Below are positions 7,901 to 16,489 of a stretch of 64,000 nucleotides of DNA, in pieces. Where the stretch lies: positions 483-64,482 of the forward strand of contig JAZUJY010000152.1 in the NCBI GenBank assembly GCA_045643005.1, given 5' to 3'. How positions within the stretch are numbered: the first letter of the stretch is position 1; every line of letters begins with the position of its first letter. The stretch is from Oscillospiraceae bacterium. GTDB taxonomy: Bacteria; Bacillota; Clostridia; Oscillospirales; Ruminococcaceae. The position numbers and the translations under genes were made by a program. Under the pieces are notes generated by a model. It worked only from the letters and a program-made list of their open reading frames with translations. It did no database searches and had not been told where the DNA came from.

Positions 7901-10900
7901 CCTTGTCATACTCATATTTCGTCTCTGCTCCGGTTACATCTGTAATGGTCAGAAGGTTATAAGCTGCATCATACAGATATGTTTCTGTAAGTCCGTTTGG
8001 ATATGTTTTTGAAAGAAGATTTCCAACCTTGTCATATTCCATCGTAACTTTTCTTCTGAGTCTGTCTGTTGCTGTCAGAGTGTTTCCTTCTGCATCATAT
8101 GTAAATGATTCGGTTGACAGATCAGGGTAAGTAATTTCAGTTACGTTTCCTGCATAGTCGTATTCATAACATGTCTGTCTGCCTTTATTATCAGTTTCCT
8201 TTATCAGATTTCCTATGCAGTCATATTCCTTTGATATTTCGTTTTTATCACTGTCGATCACTTTTACAGCATTTCCGTAAATATCATATGTATAGTTTTC
8301 GGTATAGACCTTTTCTTCCCCGTCTGATGTGTATGTGATCTTTTTGGAAATACAGTTATCTTCTGAATCATAGGTAAATTCTGTTACAGTTCCGGCTCCG
8401 TTTGTTGCGGTCTTTACATTTCCTCTTTCATCATAGGTTATATTCATAAATATTCCTATGCTGTCAGTTACGGAGTTGAGTCTTCCCTTCGAATCATAAT
8501 CATATTCTGTTTTATTTCCAAGTGCATCTGTCGTTGAAGATGTCAGTCCCATATCATTGTAATCAAGCTTAAGAATATCAATTCCCATAGCATTTATGGA
8601 TGTGATCATTCCCTTGCTGCTGTAACCATTTGTTACCTTGTTTCCTTCAGGATCTGTCATGGAAAGCAGAAGTCCGCTTTCATCATAATTATATGATGTT
8701 TCATATCCGAGTGCATCGGTCATTTTTGTTTTGTTGCCGTGTGCATCATACTCATATGTTACAGTATTTCCATTAGGATCAGTCATGGAAGTTACATTTC
8801 CGTTTTCATCATAAATGTAAAGAGTAACTCCGCCGTTTCTGTCAGTTATTACTTCCTGTCTGCCTTCTATATCATGATCATATGTGGTTTCTTTTCCGGC
8901 TTCATCTGTTGTTTTTATCAGTCTTCCGTTTTCATCATATACATTTTTTGAAACCAGTTTTCCTCTCGGATCGTATACTTCAGTAATATAATGATCGCTG
9001 TATACAAACTTTGTACTGTTTCCGGCTTCATCAGTTACACATACAAGATCTCCGAAAACATCATATTCATACTTAACAGTTTTTCCGGTACTGTTTGTCA
9101 TTTCAGTTATTCGGTTCCTGTCATCATAAGTAAACCTGATGGATTTGTTCGCCGACTTATCGGAACACTGTATGCTGTCTTTGGAAAATGTTATTATTTC
9201 TCCGTTTAAAGCGATTACTTTAGTAAGTCCTTTGTTTTTGTCAATATAATACTTTGTACCGTCATTTCGGGTATACAGAAACTGCTCCGGTTCAAATATG
9301 TCAAAATCAGTTGTACACAGAATACCTGATGCACTGTCAAACATAAGATCAGATGACGAAATATCCACTGACTCAAGTTCGGACTTTGAACCGTTGAGCG
9401 CAATAAATTTTACATTTATATTCTGGTATGCAGGTTGAAATACACTCTTTTGCGGTGAATCGATCACCATTGCAAATTCATCCCTGATCCCGTTTCCGAG
9501 ATCAACATTTATTCTGTGTGTTTTGCTTTCCATAAACTGATAGGATGATATCGGTACTCTGCCTGATAATGTATCCGGTGACTGATACCAGTTTTCTGAC
9601 AGCTTGCTGCTGAGAGTGAGCGATACGTTGTTATATTCAACATCCCATCCATACCCGAACGCACCTTTATAATCCTTTTTACGGCTGTCATACGTCCTGA
9701 TAACATTTACCGGCACTCCGTTCACATCAAAGCTCATATCCTCAAAGCTGAGCGTGAAATTGCCTATCTTCATGTTTCCGGTCACATTTACCGTGATCAT
9801 GTCTGCTGCTGTGTACTTGTCACTGTATGCAGTAAGTCTGATATCATAATATCCGTTTTCAAGAAGTGTAGTATCAAATTTTCCTGATACTTCAGACTTT
9901 TTACCTTTGCTGCCTGAATCGAATACAACAAAGTTATTTTCACCGGCAGGTGAATATTCAAACTTATAGTCTGAGAATATCTTCCCTGATATCTCACCCT
10001 TTATTTCCGATACTGATTTCAGTTCTGACATTTCTTCAGGAGATGTGATCCTGCAGGTGTACTGTTCAGCCGGTGCTGTTCTGTTATGTTTTACGGTTAC
10101 AGATGTATCTTCTGATACTGATATGTCATCTTTTAATACTTTCAGAGTAACAGTATATTTTCCGTCATCAAGCATTGAGGAATTTACTGATTCTGATATG
10201 CTGCAGTCATTTCCTACAGTGCCTTCCTTTGAAAATACAGGTTCACCGCTGTCATCTTTTTTTCTGACAGTGAGTTCATATTTTCCGGTTATGACAGATG
10301 CGTCAGTCTTTGCTTCTATTCTGATCGTATCATCTGCATAAACTGATGGCTGAGGCTTGTCAAATATGATAAGACTGTTCTCAAGATCTGCCGGATCTGT
10401 TTCCCTGTTGTTTTCTATCTGATAACATGCACCTGCATATGAGGTGTTGCCGCCGTTGTCGGTTACAGCTACTCTGATCTCATATGTTCCGTCTTCAAGT
10501 AAAAATGTATCCCATACGCCGAGTATACCGTCTCTGATCTCATTATATGAAGCTGCTATCGGTGTATATCCGCCTGAATCCTTCTTTCTGTATTCGAGAA
10601 CATATTCTCTCATCATTGTTTCATCAAAAGCAGAACCTTCAATATTTACTTTTCCGGACAGCTTTGACTCGTTTTCAGGTGATGTGATCTCTGCTGAAGG
10701 GAAATCATGGTCTGAACTGTCTTCAAATACGATTTCAAAACTCTTTTCATAAGTACGGTTTTTTGAGTCTGTCGCAACAGCCTTAAATACTACCACTCCC
10801 GGCTCTGCCTGAGTAAATTTTATCTCTGACGGTCCGTCTGCGATCTGTTTGTCGTTCTTGTATATGAGCAGCTTGACAAGACCGTCCTTGTCATCAGCAT

Positions 10901-13900
10901 TTATCTCAAGAGTTACTATTTCTCCGATCTCAGCTTTTTCTGATGAAGTATTGAATGTTATTTCAGCAGGAGTATCTTCTTTTTCCTGCTTATAGTCTGT
11001 ATTTGTATTTTTTTCTTTGGTTATTTTCTCGTTTGAAGATGATAACTGGTTCTTTTCTATTTTAAGATCCACTTTGCAGTATGATCTGTTTGACGACTTG
11101 TCACACGCTTCAATGAGTACAGTGTACTTTCCTGCTTCGGAATATCTGAATGATACTATCTCTGAATCAAACACTTCCTCACCTGAAGTCAGAAGCTCCC
11201 TGCTTTCTTCAGAACCGTTTTCAGTCAGGCTTACCTTGTAACTGTCAAATTCAGGATCCTTTATGGTTCCTTTTATCACAACAGTATCATCAGTAACTGT
11301 AATATCACTTTTTGTATCAACTATTATCTCAGGAGGATCAAGGTCTCTTCTGTCTGTAACTGTTATCGTCTTTGTATCACTGCCCTTATTTCCTGAAACG
11401 TCCTCACAGTCTGCCCTGATCACAAGTTCTCCGGCTCTGTCACATTTGTAAACAAAGCTTCCCGGGAACTTTGATATTGCTTTGCCTCCGACATATGTAT
11501 TTACAGATTTTATTCCTATATTATCATCCGGTGCAACAGAAACAAGGATCTCATCTCCGAGGCTCGGATTTTCATCTGATACAGTTATAACTACAGTCGG
11601 CGGTTCATCGTCTGAAAAAGGCTCGACATCATCGCCCTCAAGCTCGCTTATCACTTCTACACACGGGCTGCTCCATTCGCCAAGCTCATCACATACCATG
11701 TATTTCTGAAGATATACCTGATTTGCGTCTATTATTTTCGGAACGGTGCCGTTTGTCCAGCTGCTTTCATCAACTCTCTTCCACTCATATTTTTCTTTGG
11801 TTATACCCTTGTTTTCCTTACTGAGTGCATCTGTATCATACGCGCTGAATTCCAATTCACAGATATATTTTTTCTGTTCCTTTGCCTTTGAAAGCTTTGC
11901 TTTGATCTCTGCTGAAGGTTTGCTGTGAACAAACAGCCTGTCTGTCCACTTAACTTTTTCAGACCACTTTTTGTATGAATCAAGTGATGTGTTTCCGTTT
12001 GTCGGATCATCCATCAGCTTCGACCAGATACTGTAGCATCCGGTTTCACTGAAGGAAACAGGAGCTTCTTCAAGAGTGTATTTTCCGCTTTTGCCGGTGC
12101 TGTTTTCATATACCGAAGCATCAAGCTCATATTCCCACACCTGTTTTCCGACAGGATCATTTTCTCTGTCGATATAACTGTTGGTATATTCGATCTCATC
12201 AGATGTCGTGATCGTATCACCGATATCATAATTTATGCCTGACAAAGAATTTAAAATATAGTTTTTAAGTATATCCTTGTTCTTTATAACATCATACCAG
12301 TCGGCATATATTCCGTCTGCTGATCTTAAAACTTTGTCATACTGCTGTTTTGAAGCAGCAGTTCCGAGACCTATCAGAGCAGCATCATTTTCTATAAGAG
12401 ATTTTGCTGCACATCCGACTGACTGATCATCACTCAGATCATAGTTTTTGCTTTTGCTCAGATTTATAACAAAATGTTCGGCAGAATCTCTCCATTCATT
12501 TTTCTCAAGGATCTCACTGAATTCACTGCCGTTTACTGTTGACATTTTTATATCGCTGAATACAAAATATGATTCCTGTTCACAGTAATGTGATTTATGG
12601 AAAATTACCGGTCCGAATCCTGTTCCGCTTTCCTGCTCCGGCAGAACATAGTTATCCAGCATGAGCGTATCATTAATATATACAGTAAGTGTCTTCTCAC
12701 TTACGAGCAGTCTGATGTTGATCTTGTCATCGGTTTTCATCTGACTGAGAATATCATAAATATCCGAGTCAGACGGGAAATCTGATGCACTGAAGCTGCG
12801 TATGGGAGAAGCTCCTCCGCCGTTTCTGAAGGTTTCGATATCAACATCATCAAATTTATAGAGCTGAAAAGCACCTTCTGTTCGTATAAATGCAAGACCT
12901 GTTATTTTCTTTATGGTTTCTGAATCAGGATCATCAGGATCTGTCTTCTCATTATATATTTTTGTATTGAAGAGGAATCCTCCGCCTATCATACTATGCC
13001 AGTTATTATCATCTCTTCGCATATCAAATGACAGGATCCTTCTTGATTTGATACCGTCATCAACGAAAAGCCAGTCACGGAACGGATATACATGATAACC
13101 AAGCATTTTTACGGAATTATCCTCATATGTTATATGGTCCGGATAGATCGTTCCGTACAGATCCATATAATTTTTGTGATCATACTCTTCCCATGCAAAT
13201 TTGTCTTTGGCTGTAAGAGTGGATGCAGATATGGTGTTCAGATTTACATTGTATCCTCTCTCTTCAAGGTCGGCTTTTATTTCTTCAATGTTTTCATTAA
13301 GAATGTCTATATCATCAAGATCAGCATTTGACGCTGTAACTACGATATCAACATTTTTAGCCTTACTGATGCCTGAATATGACTCAGGTGCTTCATTTGT
13401 AACCTCTGTTACAAAATTTCCGTCAGCTGCTGATGACGTATCAGCTACAAGATATGACTCTTCTGTCAGAAGTGAAGGAATAGTATCATCGATCTGTTCT
13501 GCAACACTCAGCTTAAATTTATACTTTCCGACTGAATCAGCTGTATATACGGCATTTTTTTCGTTTCCGACAAGAAATACCTCTTCCTTTTCATCTGAAA
13601 AATCTCCGTCGTTATCGCTGTCAAACTGTACAGACCATACTCTGCTTCCGATAGTATCTCCGTCAGGAGAATATGATGTGTCTTCGAGTTTTATCTCGGC
13701 TTTTCCGTCTTCGTCTCTGCCTGTGATATCAGTTTCCTTCCAGAAGCCTGCCACTGGGGCAATATCCTCAGTTACATTTATTACTTCATAGTATTTTACA
13801 CTCTTGCCTGTATTATCTTTTCCGGAAAGCTCGGCATGATAAATACCCGGCTTCGTGATGATAAGGTTCTTCGTAATTTCTGTAGAAGTACTCTCATCGA

Positions 13901-14795
13901 CCTTAACACATGCTGCATCTTCAGGCAAGTCAGCTGTAAAATTCCATTCAAGAGAAGAAACATCAATATCCTTAAGACCAAAGCTGTCAGAAATATCAAG
14001 CGTTATCTTTCTGTTCTGCTTATATGTTTCTTCAAAATTCTTAAATTCTATCTCCGGTGCAAAGTTTACAAGCGAGGAATCATGATCTGATATACTGTTC
14101 ATCTTAAAATCAGTACCGTTTATCTCAACATTTTCAGCAACGATCATTCCGTTTACGGTAAGATTTTTAGCGTTTATCTCAACCTTGCCTTTTGGTGCAT
14201 AGAGAATTCCATTGATAGTGATATCTGTTCCCTGAACAGTAATATTTCCGTTTTCAGAATACAGAAACAGCTCTGCACTGTCTTCATTTTTCACAGCATC
14301 ATACTGGATATCGTTTTTGGCTCTGATATATCCTTTACCGGAAAATGCTGTTCTGTCTATCCACAGATCACCTGCTGACATTACAGAATCAGAAATATTG
14401 TATTCATTTGTATTAAAATGAACTTTATCTTCTGTAAAAACATTTTTGTAGTTTACACCGTTTTTCAGCTGATTTCTGTAATCAGGCATGACTGTGCGCA
14501 CATCTGTCTGTGAAACAGCCTGAACATTTCCTGATATTTTACCGGAATTTAATGTATCATTTACATAGCAGCTTCCGTTTCCGCAAAAATCAAATTCACT
14601 GCCGGAAAATACTCTTCCGTTTATGGAGGCTCTCTCCATATTTACTGTGATCTTCTTTTCTGAATATATGGTGTGCTCCATATCAAGAGGTGCAGCAAAA
14701 ACACTCTCAGGAAGCGATGACATTCCAAGCTGAAGTGTCATGGTAAGAGACAACGCTGCTGCAAGAGCTTTTTTCAGTATCTTTGTATGCTTCAT
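4950..14795 (-). CDS. Secreted RHS/YD-repeat polymorphic toxin (about 3,281 aa) with HINT domain and C-terminal toxin
   Basis: The likely start is [34 protein letters not shown] (signal peptide) at 14795, with AGGAG ~10 nt upstream; the track start at 14858 overlaps the upstream gene. The N-terminal half contains Ig-like/beta-sandwich repeats. Dozens of YD repeats follow (YDxxGN..., e.g. [26 protein letters not shown]). The RHS core end is [16 protein letters not shown]...NVDPSGY. Confidence 0.92.
   Translation of the reverse strand: [3281 protein letters not shown]
4953..5273 (-). other. C-terminal 107-aa toxin domain, family not recognised (possible papain-like Cys/His/Asp fold)
   Basis: Sequence: [40 protein letters not shown]...[23 protein letters not shown].... 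There is a single Cys preceded by Gln, a His in a hydrophobic strand ~55 aa later, and Asp/Asn ~12 aa after that. Confidence 0.4.
5274..5678 (-). other. HINT (Hedgehog/intein-like) autoprocessing domain inside the RHS C-terminal cargo
   Basis: 135 aa. It begins [30 protein letters not shown], has TTNHPFYV in the middle, and ends [23 protein letters not shown]. Block A Cys, block B TxxH and the terminal HN are all present. The next residue is Tyr. Confidence 0.8.
6090..9715 (-). other. YD-repeat/RHS shell-encoding region of the toxin gene
   Basis: It runs from ...[26 protein letters not shown] (about 9660) to NVDPSGY (6090). The YD/YxYDxxGR-type repeats are continuous. Confidence 0.85.
6091..6302 (-). 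repeat. RHS core-tip repeat, master copy inside the full-length gene
   Basis: It encodes [36 protein letters not shown]...DPSGY and is matched by 1559..1770 and 3927..4089. Confidence 0.9.
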
Positions 14796-14796
14796 G

Positions 14797-15780
14797 TTAT
14801 CTCTTCTCCTTTCTTCTGAGTACAATGCTTCCTGCAGCTGATACCCCTGATACAACAAGCATAATAATACTTCTCACAGGGAATGAATCTGAAGTATCAG
14901 GTGAAGAAACCAGCCTGACTTTACTGTCATCTCCGGTATTTACATCATTTCTGATACCGTAGTATGTAACAAATTCTTTGTTTAAAACATTTGACTCAGG
15001 TTCCCATTTTACAGCAGCAGCTGTATCTGTCAGTATGGAATTTATATCCGGAGTATATTCCCACACTGCATCGTAAAGTACACCCCAGTCAGCAAATATC
15101 AGACTGTCAGGCGTATTTTCATCTGTATTTGTTTTTCCGTAAGCAGCTATTTTTTCATTGCTTCCTGCTGTAACGCTCCAGCTGTCAGGAATATTTTCAC
15201 TGAACACAGCCTCGTTTGAGACAGGTGTATTGTCAACTCTTACTGACGGAACATCGTCCCCGGAAAGCATCGGATCAATAAGGATCCTGACACCTATGGA
15301 GTCATTTTCCCCTGCCGAAATAACTTTGTAGGAAATTCTGAGCATATCTTCATAATCAGGTGTATATACTTCAGAAAAAGCAAGAGTCTGCTCTATTATC
15401 ACATCTCCGAATTTCTGAGCCGAAATATGACATCTGTTGTCAATATCATACTTCGGCTCACCAATATCCTCACCTCGTCCGTACTCATAGTACGAACCGT
15501 TGATGCAAAGTGTAGTATAACCGGAGTAAAAATTTCTGTAGGTTATATTTTTATTGTCGTCCTCATCGTTATATGTCTTTCCGCCCGTCGTTGACAGCTT
15601 GTATCTGAGATACTCTCCCTCTCTCTTATCCTGTTCAACGTTTAAGCTTAAAAAAGAATTTTCCATGGAGACATTGTTAAAATACGCCTTACTGTCCGCA
15701 GCAAAGCATACTGCTCCTGTAAAAAGCGAAATTGCGAAACTTGCAGTTAATACGATCTGTGCAATTTTTTTAGCTTTCAT
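14797..15780 (-). CDS. Secreted, C-terminally anchored protein of unknown family, translationally coupled to the RHS gene
   Basis: The likely start is MKAKKIAQIVLTASFAISLFTGAVCFA (signal peptide) at 15780, with GAAGGA 5 nt upstream. The C-terminus is ...SSPDTSDSFPVRSIIMLVVSGVSAAGSIVLRRKEKR (hydrophobic helix plus basic tail). Its stop TAA is separated from the RHS ATG by 1 nt. Confidence 0.7.
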   Translation of the reverse strand: MKAKKIAQIVLTASFAISLFTGAVCFAADSKAYFNNVSMENSFLSLNVEQDKREGEYLRYKLSTTGGKTYNDEDDNKNITYRNFYSGYTTLCINGSYYEYGRGEDIGEPKYDIDNRCHISAQKFGDVIIEQTLAFSEVYTPDYEDMLRISYKVISAGENDSIGVRILIDPMLSGDDVPSVRVDNTPVSNEAVFSENIPDSWSVTAGSNEKIAAYGKTNTDENTPDSLIFADWGVLYDAVWEYTPDINSILTDTAAAVKWEPESNVLNKEFVTYYGIRNDVNTGDDSKVRLVSSPDTSDSFPVRSIIMLVVSGVSAAGSIVLRRKEKR

Positions 15781-16084
15781 TTTCGTCCTTCTTTCAAAAA
15801 AATAAAGGGACAGCGATTTGCTCGCCATCCCCTCAGATATTTTAGCACACTATTATAAAGAAAGAAATCCATAAAAATTCTAAAGATTTTCATTTAAGTT
15901 ATTAAGGATATGTGCAGATATTATAATTATTTTGCGGTTTAAAACATTTTGTATTATCATGAAAAGTAGATCTTACCAGCGCTGATTTTACATTCAGATG
16001 TGAAGTAACTGCCGTTCTAAAATATAACGGCAAACGCAGCAGAGAAGTAATAGGACATTCAAACGAATTAAAATTTACTATTGG

Positions 16085-16106
16085 TTCAAAGCTCTGTGTT
16101 GTTATA
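16085..16106 (+). repeat. 22-bp box TTCAAAGCTCTGTGTTGTTATA (short form of the intergenic repeat family)
   Basis: Exact string match to the other boxes and to the joined ends of the long elements. Confidence 0.85.
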
Positions 16107-16230
16107 AAAAGGCTGTTAAACCATCAAGCCCTAAATTTACCGGCATATTAGCCCCCGGCACTCTTGAATCTGTAAATCTTTCATAAAAAAACAATTATCA
16201 CAAAACGCCGCTGATATATAAATAAAAAAA

Positions 16231-16275
16231 AGCCCCTTAAAGCTCCCGTTGAAGCTGCAAGGGGCTGTTTTCTTT
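16231..16275. terminator. Orphan bidirectional rho-independent terminator-like hairpin
   Basis: The stem AGCCCCTT (16231..16238) pairs with AAGGGGCT (16259..16266). It is flanked by A8 on the left and GTTTTCTTT on the right. No annotated gene ends here. Confidence 0.5.
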
Positions 16276-16489
16276 ATAATACACATCCTTCCATATTTTA
16301 CCATTTTTAAATAAAATATTTCATAAATATTTGAATTGCAATATTGAAAAATATACAATTATATGATACAATATTGATATGTAAATATTAAATATGACTA
16401 TAAATTTAAATAAATTTCTTTCGTCTGAACAGATTGCAAATGCTCAGGCGATATTATATCAGCAAAAAGTTGAAAGGGGTATTGTTTTT

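Noticed and set aside
5277-14090. Many plus-strand ORFs of 60-196 aa (e.g. 13201..13791, 10444..10752, 5277..5654) inside the RHS gene.
   Set aside because: They are antisense shadows of a 9.8-kb ORF with strongly biased codon usage. Their products are low-complexity Ser/Phe/Leu/Ile-rich sequences, they have no SD, and they overlap a gene with overwhelming coding evidence.
16137-16358. 73-aa minus-strand ORF between the RHS operon and the 16490 gene.
   Set aside because: It runs through the orphan terminator hairpin and A/T homopolymers and has no SD. It is probably a chance ORF in AT-rich DNA.
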